Positions 30,021-39,951 of a stretch of 64,000 nucleotides of DNA are shown here, piece after piece (position 1 is the stretch's first letter; every line of letters begins with the position of its first letter). The notes under the pieces were generated by a model, which worked only from the letters and a program-made list of their open reading frames with translations, made no database searches and had not been told where the DNA came from. The translations under genes were made by a program, and so were the position numbers. The stretch is from an uncultured delta proteobacterium. GTDB taxonomy: Bacteria; Myxococcota_A; Polyangia; Polyangiales; Polyangiaceae. The DNA is taken from NCBI GenBank assembly GCA_963782055.1, contig CAWAIF010000003.1, positions 4,448,001 to 4,512,000 on the forward strand. The letters run 5' to 3'.

Positions 30021-30548
30021 TACCACCCGGCGTGCACGCCCACCGCGCGCGATGGTCGCACGACCGACCTCCGTGCCAGCATCACGGGTCCCGCGGGCAT
30101 CCCGCGGGGGCGCCCACGAAGATGCATACGGCCGAGGCTCGCCAACGCTGGCGCCATGATCGTCCCACCGCCGGGGAACGAACACGACCGCGCGACCGTA
30201 TGCGTGCGCACCTGGTACGAGGAACAGAGCCCTTGAGCGCACCCTACCGAGCCCCAGCCCCGCCCGGGCCGCCGAGAAAGCGCGGTCATGAGCTGACCGT
30301 GTTGCTCGGTGCGGCGGGGACGCTGGTGTGGTTGGGGGTTCTCGCGGTGGTGTTCACCGCGGTCGGGTTCGTGGCGATGATCCTGGCGTACGCGATGATG
30401 CACGCCCCACCGCACTCGGGGCCGCCCGGGTACGGGGGCGACGCCGGTGTGGCGAGCGTCGACGCGGCGAGCGACTGAGGGCGCCGTACGCGATCAATCT
30501 GGCAGCGCATCGTCGGAAGAAACCGCCGCGTGACGCGGCACGGAACTC

Positions 30549-30594
30549 TTATGCGAAGTGGGGGCCGTCCGGTCTCACTGGAAGGACGGACCCC
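30549..30594 (-). repeat. dif-like element copy 8 (perfect left arm plus L flank)
   Basis: TTATGCGAAGT-gggggccgtccggtctcactggaaggacggacccc. Confidence 0.9.
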
Positions 30595-30669
30595 TTGCCG
30601 CGTCGCGCGAGAGGTGCGACCGTCGCAAGCTCGGGGCGCCACGACGCCGCCAGGAGCTTCGGAAAAACA

Positions 30670-31725
30670 ATGACTTCGCCGTCCCGTCGCCCGCTCGCCG
30701 CCCTGATGCTCGCCGTCGCCGCCGGTGGCGGGCTCGGCTGGGCATGCGACGGAGACGACGCCTCCGGGGACGGCGGCCCGGACGTGGCTACTCCGGACGC
30801 TACCTCGCCCGAGGCCGGTCCCGACGGGGCCGACGCCTCCGACGCCTCCGACGCCTCCGCGGGCTGCGACACCACGGCGCCGTTCGGCGCGCCGGTCCTG
30901 GTGAGCGAGCTCGTGGGTGCGGGCTCCGAGGTCGGCGCGCGCCTGTCGGCCGACGGTCTCACCGTCTACTTCGCGAGCAACCGCGCCCTCGGCGACGCCG
31001 GGTCGTCCGGCTTCTTCACGTTCGACAGCCCGTTTGCCGTCTACCGGGCCACGCGGACCGCCGTCGACCAGGCCTTCGGGACGCCGATCCTCGCCGACGA
31101 CCTCGACGGCGACGCGGGCGACGCGTACGCGTCCCTGCCGCTCGGCGGTCTCACGGTGTACTTCGCGTCGCGGCGCGACGTCTCCGGCGCCGTCCGTCTC
31201 TTCTCCGCCGCGCGCGCCGCCACGAACGACCCGTTCGGGGCGGCGAGCGAGATCCCGGGGGTTTCGTCCGGGCCGCTGTCCGACGATCAGCCGTACGTGA
31301 CGCCCGACGAGTCGGCGCTCTACTTCAGCTCGGCGCGCGTGAGCGACGCCGGCATCAGCGGCTTCCACGTGTATCGTTCGGCGATCGACGCGGGCGTGGT
31401 CGGTTCGCCCGTGCTCGTTCCCGTCCGCACCAACGACGCCGGGCTGGCGGTCGTCTCGTTCTCTCCGGTGGTCAGCGCCGACGACCTCACTCTCTACTTC
31501 GCGTCGCCGGCGGCGGGGGCCGGCGAGCACGACATCTGGCGGGCCACGCGCGCGAGCGCGTCGGATCCGTTCTCCAGCCCCACGCCGGTATCGGAGCTGA
31601 ACACGAGCTCGTTCGAGGCGCCGTCGTACCTCACGGCGGACGGCTGCGCGCTCTACCTTTACAGCAACCGCATGGGTGGAGCCGCCCAGTTCCACATCTA
31701 CCGCTCGAGCAAGCCCCCGAAGTGA
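30670..31725 (+). CDS. Putative lipoprotein with PD40/TolB-like repeats
   Basis: Signal ending LGWAC, DAS/DAG linker, 'ARLSADGLTVYFASNR', 'RASASDPFSSP'. Confidence 0.82.
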   Translation: MTSPSRRPLAALMLAVAAGGGLGWACDGDDASGDGGPDVATPDATSPEAGPDGADASDASDASAGCDTTAPFGAPVLVSELVGAGSEVGARLSADGLTVYFASNRALGDAGSSGFFTFDSPFAVYRATRTAVDQAFGTPILADDLDGDAGDAYASLPLGGLTVYFASRRDVSGAVRLFSAARAATNDPFGAASEIPGVSSGPLSDDQPYVTPDESALYFSSARVSDAGISGFHVYRSAIDAGVVGSPVLVPVRTNDAGLAVVSFSPVVSADDLTLYFASPAAGAGEHDIWRATRASASDPFSSPTPVSELNTSSFEAPSYLTADGCALYLYSNRMGGAAQFHIYRSSKPPK

Positions 31726-31854
31726 GCTCGGCGCGGCCGCTGCCGCGCGCGTGGAGTATGTGGGCCACGGCTTTCGAGCTCACGGTGAACGTCCTCCGCC
31801 GATCGCGCCAGCATTCCCATGCGCCGCGCGGGCCTCGAGAAGGTGGCGGCCTGG

Positions 31855-32835
31855 TCACGACGGTCGAGGAGGTCCTGCGCGTGACCGTCTGAGACCCCTC
31901 GCCCCTTCCCCGTGATCGCGCGCGACGCGCTTCGCGATGCGCGCCACGTGGTCCATCACGAAGCGCACCGACTCGTCGTCGTCGAGCGCGCTCCGCCAGA
32001 AGAGCTCGAGCGGCGCGCCGCCGATCGGCAGCGGGAGGCGCTCGAGCCGCAGGCGCGGGTGATGCCGCAGCGCGAGGCGTCCGACGAGCGTCGGCACGGT
32101 GGCGAGGAGCGGCGAGCCCTCGACCAGCGCGCCGACGCCGTGGAACGACGGCACCGAGACGCGCACGTCGCGGCGCGCCCGCCCGAGATCCTCGATGAGG
32201 CCGCGGAGGTCCGCGTTGTACGACACGATCACGTGCTGGTGCGCGAAGTACGCCTTGCGCGTCAGCGTCGGTCCGACCTGCGCGTGCCTCGGGTCGAAGA
32301 GACACGAGAAGCCGCCGAAGAAGAGCGGCTCTCGGCGGATCCCCGCGGGGAGCTCGTCGGCGATGGTGACGGCGAAGTCGATGGCGCCCGACGCGAGCTC
32401 GCGGGCCACCGTGCGGAACTGCACCGGCACGACGACGAAGCGCATGCGTGGGGCCTCGCGCGCGAGGAGGCGCAGGAGCGTCGGCAGGAGCCAGGTCTCC
32501 GTCACGTCCGAGAGCCCGATGCGCACGGTGCGCTCGCTGGCGACGGGGTCGAACGCCGGCGCGGCCGCGGCGGCCGCGACGAGGGCCTCGAGGTGAGGAC
32601 GCGCGGCGGCGAAGAGGCGCTCGCCACGCGTGGTGAGCGCGAGACCGCGCCCCTGGCGCGCGAAGAGCGGGGCGCCGATCGCGGTCGCGAGACGCTTGAG
32701 CGCGGCGCTGATCGCCGGCTGCGTGAGGTAGAGGCGCTTGCCGGCCGCGGTGGCGCTGCGCTCCTCGGCGACGACCACGAAGACGCGGAGCAAGTTGAGG
32801 TCGAGGTCGCGCGCGAGGGTGTCGGATGTATTCAT
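31855..32835 (-). CDS. LysR-family regulator
   Basis: 'DLDLNLLRVFVVVAEERSATAAGKRLYLTQPAISAALKRL'. Confidence 0.93.
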   Translation of the reverse strand: MNTSDTLARDLDLNLLRVFVVVAEERSATAAGKRLYLTQPAISAALKRLATAIGAPLFARQGRGLALTTRGERLFAAARPHLEALVAAAAAAPAFDPVASERTVRIGLSDVTETWLLPTLLRLLAREAPRMRFVVVPVQFRTVARELASGAIDFAVTIADELPAGIRREPLFFGGFSCLFDPRHAQVGPTLTRKAYFAHQHVIVSYNADLRGLIEDLGRARRDVRVSVPSFHGVGALVEGSPLLATVPTLVGRLALRHHPRLRLERLPLPIGGAPLELFWRSALDDDESVRFVMDHVARIAKRVARDHGEGARGLRRSRAGPPRPS

Positions 32836-32890
32836 GGTGCTTATGGGACGCATCCATCGTATTCGCTGGTCGGCTGGGTCGGGAAGACGC

Positions 32891-33877
32891 ATGGTGAGCG
32901 TCATGACGAAGCTGGGAAAAGCCGGGCCCGAGGTGTCGCGCGTCGGCCTCGGATGCATGGGAATGAGCGGCAGCTACGGACCCACGGACGACGCGGCCAG
33001 CGTGCGGACCATCCAGGCCGCGCTCGACGCGGGCATCTCGCTGGTCGACACGGGCGACTTCTACGGCATGGGCCACAACGAGATGCTCGTCGGCCGGGCC
33101 ATCGCCGGGCGGCGCGACCGCGCGGTGCTCTCGGTGAAATTCGGCGCGCAGCGCGGCCCGGACGGGAGCTTCCTCGGCGTGGACACGCGCCCGGCGGCGG
33201 TGAAGACCGCGCTCGCCTACTCGCTCCGGCGCCTCGGCGTCGAGACGATCGACGTCTACCGCCCGGCGCGCCTCGACCCGAAGGTGCCCATCGAGGACAC
33301 CATCGGCGCGATCGCCGACTGCGTGAAGGCCGGCTGGGTCAAGCACATCGGCCTCTCGGAGGTCGGCGTCGACACGATCCGCCGCGCGAGCGCCGTCCAC
33401 CCCATCGTCGATCTCCAGATCGAGTACTCGATCGCGAGCCGCTCGCCCGAGGCGAAGATCTTCCCCGTACTCGACGAGCTCGGCATCGGCGCGACGCTCT
33501 ACGGCGTCTTCTCGCGCGGTCTGCTCACCGGCGGGAAGCTGAACGGCAAGGGCGACTTCCGCGCGTACCTGCCGCGCTTCGCGGGTGAGAACGGCGCGCG
33601 CAACGCCGACCTCGCGGGCCGCTTCGGCGCGTTCGCGAAGGAGCGCGGGATGACCGCCGCGCAGCTCGCCCTCGGCTGGGTGCTCGCGAAGCGCCCCGGT
33701 TTCGTCCCCGTCGCCGGCGTGAAGACCGAGGCGCAGCTCGCCGATCTCCTCGGCGCGCTCGACAGGCCTCTCGCGCCGGCCGACGTCGCCGCGCTCGAGG
33801 ACGCCTTTCCGCCGGGCGCGTTCGCCGGCGACCGCTACGGCGCCGACCAGATGAAGCACCTCGACAGCGAGCGCTGA
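32891..33877 (+). CDS. Aldo/keto reductase
   Basis: 'GLGCMGMS', 'DTGDFYGMGHNE', 'SLRRLGVETID', 'IGLSE'; divergent from the LysR gene. Confidence 0.93.
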   Translation: MVSVMTKLGKAGPEVSRVGLGCMGMSGSYGPTDDAASVRTIQAALDAGISLVDTGDFYGMGHNEMLVGRAIAGRRDRAVLSVKFGAQRGPDGSFLGVDTRPAAVKTALAYSLRRLGVETIDVYRPARLDPKVPIEDTIGAIADCVKAGWVKHIGLSEVGVDTIRRASAVHPIVDLQIEYSIASRSPEAKIFPVLDELGIGATLYGVFSRGLLTGGKLNGKGDFRAYLPRFAGENGARNADLAGRFGAFAKERGMTAAQLALGWVLAKRPGFVPVAGVKTEAQLADLLGALDRPLAPADVAALEDAFPPGAFAGDRYGADQMKHLDSER

Positions 33878-34012
33878 GCACCTTCGCGCGACGAGGAGTC
33901 GTACGGGGTGAGACGCGACCCGCGGCGCGTCGCTCGGGTGGGTGCGCGTGCGGGGCGGCTCCGCTGGCGGGAGCTGGCGGGGGCGCCGCAGTGAGCTGGT
34001 CGATGTTCGCGC

Positions 34013-34708
34013 TCAGCCGCCGTCGAGCTTCCAGAGGGACGTCTCGTCGACGAGGTAGCACCCCGCGTCCGCGCTATCCGGGGTCTGGACGCTGACGCTG
34101 AGCGTCCCGGAGGCGGTCGTCGTCCAGCGCACCCGCACGGGTTGATAGGTCGAGGAGAGCGGCACCGACAGGCTGGAGATGCCCGCCCCGCCGGCGCCCA
34201 CGCCTGCCGTCGCTACACCGATGCTGCCCGCGTCGGGGGCATCACGGACGCACGCGACGAACTCGTACGTCTCCCCCACTTTCACGGTGAGGTTCTGAAC
34301 CTTCTGGTTGATCTGAACGATGCCGCCGGTCGCGCACACGCGGCACGCGACGCTGCCGGCGAGGGGTGTGCTGAAGTCCGCGGCCAGCGTCGATTGATAC
34401 GCATTCCAGCCCCCGCAACCCGTTTCGAAGCCCGCGTTGGCGAGGGGTACGGGGGCGCCGAAGAGCGCCGCACCGCAAGCATTCACGCTGGGCCCCGCGT
34501 CGGAGGCATCGGCCGAGGACCCGTCGGATGGCGATCCGTCGGATGGCGATCCATCGGACGGCGATCCATCGAACGACGATCCGTCGGACGGCGACGCGTC
34601 GGTCCCGCTGCCCGCGTCACCGCCCGTGAGCGACGAGAGATCCGTGATCACGGAGCATCCGGCGAGCGACAAGACGGCGACAGCGCCCGCTACCACGACG
34701 AACCGCAT
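34013..34708 (-). CDS. Putative lipoprotein, possibly with a carbohydrate-binding-like domain
   Basis: Lipobox LAGC, SDGSP repeats, 'LANAGFETGCGGW'. Confidence 0.7.
   Translation of the reverse strand: MRFVVVAGAVAVLSLAGCSVITDLSSLTGGDAGSGTDASPSDGSSFDGSPSDGSPSDGSPSDGSSADASDAGPSVNACGAALFGAPVPLANAGFETGCGGWNAYQSTLAADFSTPLAGSVACRVCATGGIVQINQKVQNLTVKVGETYEFVACVRDAPDAGSIGVATAGVGAGGAGISSLSVPLSSTYQPVRVRWTTTASGTLSVSVQTPDSADAGCYLVDETSLWKLDGG
34521..34595. repeat. Coding tandem repeat, 5 x 15 bp (SDGSP linker)
   Basis: ccgtcggatggcgat units read directly. Confidence 0.85.
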
Positions 34709-34861
34709 CGTCCGGCACGATAAATCACCGTGCACGAATCGGCTACGGCGAATCGTGCCGGGGGATGGTCATCCCCGCGCCGCCGAGGTGAATCCGGCGG
34801 CTACCGCCTTGGTCGGCGTTCGCCAATCGCGAGCGCTCATTGAGCATGAGCTGGCGGAGGC

Positions 34862-35590
34862 TCAGAGGGAGGACTCGAACGCGCCGATGTCTGGCGCCGA
34901 CCCCTGGAAGGGCAGGCCGACGTCGGTCCCGGCGTTGATGGCCGGGCTCCCCGGCTGCAGGTGGTAATCCGTCGGCGAGACGAACAGCGGGTCCGCGGGA
35001 GCGGGGCTGTGCGTCTCCCATCCCAGGTTGCTCCGGATGCTGGCCATGTCGCCCGTGTAGTAGACCGCGCCATCGACGAAGACGATGCGAAGGTTGCCGT
35101 TGATCCGGTAGTAGAGGTTGTAGTCGGAGTCGATCTCCGCCAGGTCCTGGTTGGACGCGACCATCGCGGCACCGCTGCCGCCGACGTCGTTCGGCAGCAG
35201 CGTGTAGAAGATGTTGTTCTTCACGACCTGATGGGTACATCCGTCGTCGAAGAAGACCTGGTAGTTGCCGGCGTTCTTGGCGTTGTTGCCGTAGAAGGTG
35301 TTGTTGTAGATGTACGCCTCGTCGACGTCCTCCATGGACAGGCCGATGTCCAGCGGGAACTTGACGACGTTGTCGTAGAAGTGGAAGCCGAATATCTGGC
35401 CCGTCCCGCCGTGCGGGCCCTGAACGAAGACGCCCTCCGAGCGGTACGTCCGGTTAGGGTCGTCGTAGATCAGGTTGTTCCGGACGTAGATCTCGTCCAG
35501 GTTGCCCGTGGCGACGTTCGACCCGGTCTCGATGTCGGGACCGGTCGTGTGGTAGCCGTTGTAGAATGTGTTGTACTGGATGCGCGAGGA
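34862..35590 (-). pseudogene. C-terminal part of a right-handed beta-helix protein
   Basis: 'IYNNTFYGN', 'VKNNIF', 'DPLFVSPTDYHLQPGSPAINAG...PDIGAFE'; 5' part missing next to element copy 9. Confidence 0.75.
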
Positions 35591-35662
35591 CACCGCGCTC
35601 GCCGTCGCGAAGCAGCTACGCCGGGTCTGAGCGCGCTTCTTCGTGCGCCACCAATGCACGCC

Positions 35663-35737
35663 CCCTGGTCCGTCCGTCCAGGAGACCGGGCGGCCCCATT
35701 TCGCCTGAGGATTTCGTGAACTTTCGCGCCGGCCGCG
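35663..35737 (+). repeat. dif-like element copy 9 (L plus core with a 3-nt deletion plus partial R)
   Basis: ccctggtccgtccgtccaggagaccgggcggcccc-ATTTCGCCTGA-gga-TTTCGTGAACT-ttcgcgccggccgcg. Confidence 0.88.
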
Positions 35738-35770
35738 TCGACGGGCAGACCCGCGCGCCCTGCGATCCCC

Positions 35771-36970
35771 TCAAGTGCCGCGCTGATCGCCGAGGAAGCG
35801 GTGGAGGAGCTCGCGCTCGATGGTGTTCGTCGTGAGGCGGACCGCGGCTTCGTAGGCTCGGGCGGCTTCCGCCGGGCGGTTCAGGCGGCGGAGGAAGTCG
35901 GCGCGGATGGCGTGGAACAGGTGGTGGTCTCCAAGGGGGAGCGCGTCGACCAGGGCGAGCGCTTCGGCGGGGCCGGTCACCTCGGCGACGGCGACGGCGC
36001 GGTGGAGGGCGACTATCGGGGTCGGCGTGAAATGGAGGAGGTGATCGTAGAGCTGGAGGATCTGGCGCCAGTCGGTCGCGTCGGCGGAGGCGGCGTCGCT
36101 GTGGACGGCCTGGATGGCGGCCTGGATCTGGTACGGGCCGGGCTCGTTTCGGCGCAGGCACTCGCGCACGAGGGACTGGCCCTCGGCGACCAGCTCGCGG
36201 TCCCAGAGCGAGCGATCCTGGTTCGGCAGGAGGACGAGGCCGCCGTCGGGCGTGGTGCGCGCGGGGCGGCGCGACTCGACGAGGAGCATCAGCGCGAGCA
36301 GGCCCTTGGCCTCGGGATCGTGGGGCAAGAGCTCCGCGAGCAGTCGGGCGAGGCGGACGGCGTCCGCGCACAGGCCGTCGCGACCGAGGCGGTCGCCGGA
36401 CGTCGCCGTGTAGCCCTCGTTGAAGATCAGGTAGACGACGGTGAGGACGGCACGCAGGCGCCGCGGGAGCTCGCGTTGCTCCGGCACGCGGAATGGGATG
36501 CCCGCGTCGCGGATCTTGGCCTTCGCGCGGACGATCCGCTGGCCCATCGTCGGCTCGGGGACGACGAACGCGCGCGCGATCTCGGCCGTGCCGAGGCCGC
36601 CGAGAAGCCGCAGCGTGAGCGCGACCTGCGCCGGGACATTCAGCGCAGGATGGCAGCAGGTGAAGATGAGGCGGAGCTGATCGTCGCGCATGGTGGGCTC
36701 GCTCTCCTCTTCCATTTCGGGCGACGCTGCGCGCGCGTGCACCTCCGGGCGGCGTGCCTCGCGGCGCAGCCGGTCGATGGCGCGGTTCTTCGCGGTGGTG
36801 AGGATCCAACCGGCGGGGCTCGGTGGCAGGCCGCTCGCGGGCCAGCGCTCGGTCGCCTCGACGAAGGCGTCCTGCACGCACTCCTCGGCGAGATCGATGT
36901 CGCCGAGCATGCGCACGAGGACCGCCACCGCCCGCCCGTAGTGCTCGCGGAAGACGCGCTCGACGTTCAG
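35771..36970 (-). CDS. ECF sigma factor with C-terminal TPR extension (ECF42-like)
   Basis: '[13 protein letters not shown]', '[15 protein letters not shown]', 'YLIFNEGY', 'GPYQIQAAI'; start approximate, coupled to the YciI stop. Confidence 0.9.
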   Translation of the reverse strand: MNVERVFREHYGRAVAVLVRMLGDIDLAEECVQDAFVEATERWPASGLPPSPAGWILTTAKNRAIDRLRREARRPEVHARAASPEMEEESEPTMRDDQLRLIFTCCHPALNVPAQVALTLRLLGGLGTAEIARAFVVPEPTMGQRIVRAKAKIRDAGIPFRVPEQRELPRRLRAVLTVVYLIFNEGYTATSGDRLGRDGLCADAVRLARLLAELLPHDPEAKGLLALMLLVESRRPARTTPDGGLVLLPNQDRSLWDRELVAEGQSLVRECLRRNEPGPYQIQAAIQAVHSDAASADATDWRQILQLYDHLLHFTPTPIVALHRAVAVAEVTGPAEALALVDALPLGDHHLFHAIRADFLRRLNRPAEAARAYEAAVRLTTNTIERELLHRFLGDQRGT

Positions 36971-37314
36971 TCGACCCCCGCGAACGGCCGCACCTCGACC
37001 GGCAGGGTGGTCGCCTTCGCCGCCTTGGCCGCCCACGCGAGCGCCGCGTCGAGATCGGGCACCTGGATGATCACGATGCCGCCGATGTGCTCCTTGCCCT
37101 CGGCGAAGGGCCCATCCGTCGTCATGATCTCGCCGTCTTTCACGCGCACGACGGTCGCGACGTCCGCGAGATGAAGGTGGCCCGAAAACACCCAGACGCC
37201 CGCCTTCCGTATCTCCTCGTGAAACGCCGCGACGTCGCGCATGATGGGATCGAGCCTCTCCGGCGGAGGCCTGGGCCCGTCCGGCTGAACCACGCTGAGT
37301 AGGTATTGCTTCAT
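36967..37314 (-). CDS. YciI/DGPF-family protein
   Basis: MKQYLLSV...'[15 protein letters not shown]'...'VEVRPF'. Confidence 0.9.
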   Translation of the reverse strand: MKQYLLSVVQPDGPRPPPERLDPIMRDVAAFHEEIRKAGVWVFSGHLHLADVATVVRVKDGEIMTTDGPFAEGKEHIGGIVIIQVPDLDAALAWAAKAAKATTLPVEVRPFAGVD

Positions 37315-37336
37315 GGGTTTGTCCTTTCGACCCCTT

Positions 37337-37363
37337 AACGAACGGCGTCGCCCGATTTCGACA
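37337..37363 (-). promoter_or_regulatory. ECF42-type promoter candidate for the yciI-sigma operon
   Basis: Minus strand TGTCGA-N17-CGTT. Confidence 0.65.
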
Positions 37364-37429
37364 ACATAGCTCACCCGCTGTCGTTCCAGCCCGTCCGGGA
37401 GGTATCCTCGCGGCACGTGCGCGACCTCG

Positions 37430-37705
37430 TCACCCTCCACCGCAAGATCCGCACCTGTACCGCGTGCTGCTCGCGCCGTGGCCGACCTCGGCCAGAATGA
37501 CGCCGTGCGCGAGCTCGCGCGCGAGGGCCGACGCCGCCTCGCCGACTTTCTGCGCGCCCGCCAGCACCAGACCCGCCCGCTCCATCCCGACCTCCCCGCG
37601 CTCGTCGTCGGCCCCATGGAGGCGGTCATCCACGACGTCATCCTGGAGCACCCGGACGCGCTGGAGGATCCCCGCCTGATTGACGAGCTCACCGCCGGCG
37701 CATAG
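37430..37705 (+). pseudogene. Possible TetR C-terminal fragment
   Basis: '...EAVIHDVILEHPDALEDPRLIDELT'; no HTH upstream. Confidence 0.4.
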
Positions 37706-37714
37706 GGCTGTAGG

Positions 37715-37743
37715 GCCCGACCGCGCTGGCGTTTCCTATGCGC
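37715..37743 (+). repeat. dif-like element copy 10 (R flank)
   Basis: gcccgaccgcgctggcgtttcctatgcgc. Confidence 0.8.
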
Positions 37744-37848
37744 CTGGCCACGGCCGTCGCCCAAGTCCCGTGGCTCGGCGACTCGCGCTCGTCCGTGCCT
37801 CTCGACAGAGTTGCGTAGCTCCGGCGCCGCCGGATACGGTGGCGGGCC

Positions 37849-38958
37849 ATGAAGACGCGCGCCGCGGTCGCTTGGGAAGTCGGAAAGCCGCTCGTCGTGA
37901 GCGACGTCGAGCTCGCCGGGCCGGAGGCCGGAGAGGTGCTCGTCGAGCTCAAGGCGACGGGTGTCTGCCACACCGACGAGTTCACGCGCTCCGGCGCGGA
38001 TCCGGAGGGGCTCTTCCCCGCGATCCTCGGCCACGAGGGCGCGGGCATCGTTCGCGAGGTCGGCGCCGGCGTCGCGAGCGTGAAGCCCGGCGACCACGTC
38101 GTGCTCCTCTACACGCCCGAATGCCGCGCCTGCAAATCATGCCTGAGCCGGAAGACGAACCTCTGCACGGCGATCCGGGCGACGCAGGGCAAAGGCCTCA
38201 TGCCCGACGGGACGAGCCGCTTCTCGTCGAACGGACGGACGATTCACCACTACATGGGCTGCTCGACCTTCGCCGAGCACACGGTGCTCCCCGAGATCGC
38301 CGTCGCGAAGGTGCGCGAGGACGCGCCCTTCGACAAGATCTGCTACATCGGCTGCGGCGTGACGACGGGGATCGGCGCGGTCATCTTCACCGCGAAGGTC
38401 GAGGTCGGCGCCAACGTCGTCGTCTTCGGGCTCGGCGGCATCGGGCTCAACGTGGTTCAAGGGGCGCGCATGGCGGGCGCCGCGCAGATCGTCGGCGTGG
38501 ACGTGAACCCGGCGCGCGAGGCGCTCGCGCGCACGCTCGGCATGACCCACTTCGTGAACCCGAAGGACGTGAAGGACGTCGTCGGCCACCTCGTCGAGCT
38601 CACCGGCGGCGGCGCCGACTACAGCTTCGAGTGCGTTGGCGACGTGAAGCTGATGCGCCAGGCGCTCGAGTGCTGCCACCGCGGGTGGGGCGTCAGCGTC
38701 ATCATCGGCGTCGCGGGCGCGGGCCAGGAGATCGCCACGCGCCCGTTCCAGCTCGTCACCGGTCGCGTGTGGAAGGGCACCGCGTTCGGCGGCGCGCGCG
38801 GCCGCACCGACGTCCCACGCATCGTCGACTGGTACATGGACAAGAAAGTCGCGATCGACCCGCTCATCACGCACAAGCTCCCGCTCGAGCGCATCAACGA
38901 GGCGTTCGACCTGATGCACGAGGGCAAGTCGATCCGGACTGTCGTCGAGTACGCCTGA
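37849..38958 (+). CDS. frmA: S-(hydroxymethyl)glutathione dehydrogenase / class III alcohol dehydrogenase
   Basis: 'GVCHTD', '[14 protein letters not shown]', '[10 protein letters not shown]', '[19 protein letters not shown]'. Confidence 0.95.
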   Translation: MKTRAAVAWEVGKPLVVSDVELAGPEAGEVLVELKATGVCHTDEFTRSGADPEGLFPAILGHEGAGIVREVGAGVASVKPGDHVVLLYTPECRACKSCLSRKTNLCTAIRATQGKGLMPDGTSRFSSNGRTIHHYMGCSTFAEHTVLPEIAVAKVREDAPFDKICYIGCGVTTGIGAVIFTAKVEVGANVVVFGLGGIGLNVVQGARMAGAAQIVGVDVNPAREALARTLGMTHFVNPKDVKDVVGHLVELTGGGADYSFECVGDVKLMRQALECCHRGWGVSVIIGVAGAGQEIATRPFQLVTGRVWKGTAFGGARGRTDVPRIVDWYMDKKVAIDPLITHKLPLERINEAFDLMHEGKSIRTVVEYA

Positions 38959-39020
38959 TCGAGGCTCGCGGCGCCGGAGGCGCTCGAGGCTCGCGCGATC
39001 CCCGTCGGCGAGCCACCGCG

Positions 39021-39123
39021 GGTCCGCCCTTCCACTGGGACCGGACGCGGCGCTTTCGCATCAGAGGGACGCGACCCTCTCGGTCAACTTTCGCGCAGGA
39101 CGGCGCCAGGATTTCCTGTGCGC
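39021..39123 (+). repeat. dif-like element copy 11 (near complete, degenerate, 9 extra nt in the core)
   Basis: ggtccgcccttccactgggaccggacgcggcg-CTTTCGCATCA-gaggga-cgcgaccctctcggtcaact-ttcgcgcaggacggcgccaggatttcctgtgcgc. Confidence 0.8.
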
Positions 39124-39153
39124 CCGAGCCCACCGCTCGTAACTTCCCACCCC

Positions 39154-39708
39154 ATGGGCCTGCTCACCTTCGCTCTCAACGTGACCCTGGACGGGTGCAT
39201 CGACCACACCCAGGCCATCGCGGACGACGAGCTCCACGACTACTGGACGCAGCTCATGGACCAGAGCGGGGCGATGCTCTTCGGGCGCAACACCTACGAG
39301 CTGATGGAGGGCGCCTGGCCCCAGGTGGCGCGCGACGAAGAGGCACCGCGCGCGATGCGCGAGTGGGCGCAGAAGCTCGAGGCGAAGGCGAAGTACGTCG
39401 TGTCCAGCTCGCGGCGCGACTTCCCGTGGCAGAACACGACCAAGGTGGAGGGCGACCTTCGCGAGGCGATCGCGGCGCTGAAGGTGAAGACCGAGCGGGG
39501 CGTCCTCGTCGGAGCGCCCAAGCTCTCGGCTGCGCTCGAGGAGCTCGGGCTCATCGACGAGTACCGCATGGTCGTTCATCCCGTCATCAGCGGCCACGGG
39601 CCGACCTTGTTTCACGGCCTTTCGAGGGCGCGGCATCTCGAGCTGCTCTCGACGCAGCGGTTCAACTCCGGCGTGCAGGCGCACCATTTCCGTCGCAAAG
39701 TGGAATGA
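39154..39708 (+). CDS. Dihydrofolate reductase-like (RibD C-terminal family) protein
   Basis: 'NVTLDG', 'LFGRNTYE', 'LIDEYRMVVHPVISGHGPTLF'. Confidence 0.9.
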   Translation: MGLLTFALNVTLDGCIDHTQAIADDELHDYWTQLMDQSGAMLFGRNTYELMEGAWPQVARDEEAPRAMREWAQKLEAKAKYVVSSSRRDFPWQNTTKVEGDLREAIAALKVKTERGVLVGAPKLSAALEELGLIDEYRMVVHPVISGHGPTLFHGLSRARHLELLSTQRFNSGVQAHHFRRKVE

Positions 39709-39951
39709 GCGTGGGCGCCGGTGACCGCGGCGTCGCATGGCGCGTCCAGCGCGGACACCGAACCATGCACTGTTCGCCGCGCCGCTGATCGTCTTGCGCA
39801 CGAGCACGACCGAGATCAACCACCCTCGAGCTGCGCTGACTGCATCCGCGGCCGTTCAATCCCCACCGCGTCCGCGGCAGACTCTCTCGCCAGGCTCGTC
39901 GCCCAGGCGTTCGAGCTTGCGCCGCAGGCGGCGAGCCGCGAGCATCGCGCC

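Noticed and set aside
34521..34595. 15-bp tandem repeat as a regulatory or CRISPR-like array
   Set aside because: In frame, no spacers; encodes an SDGSP linker of a lipoprotein.
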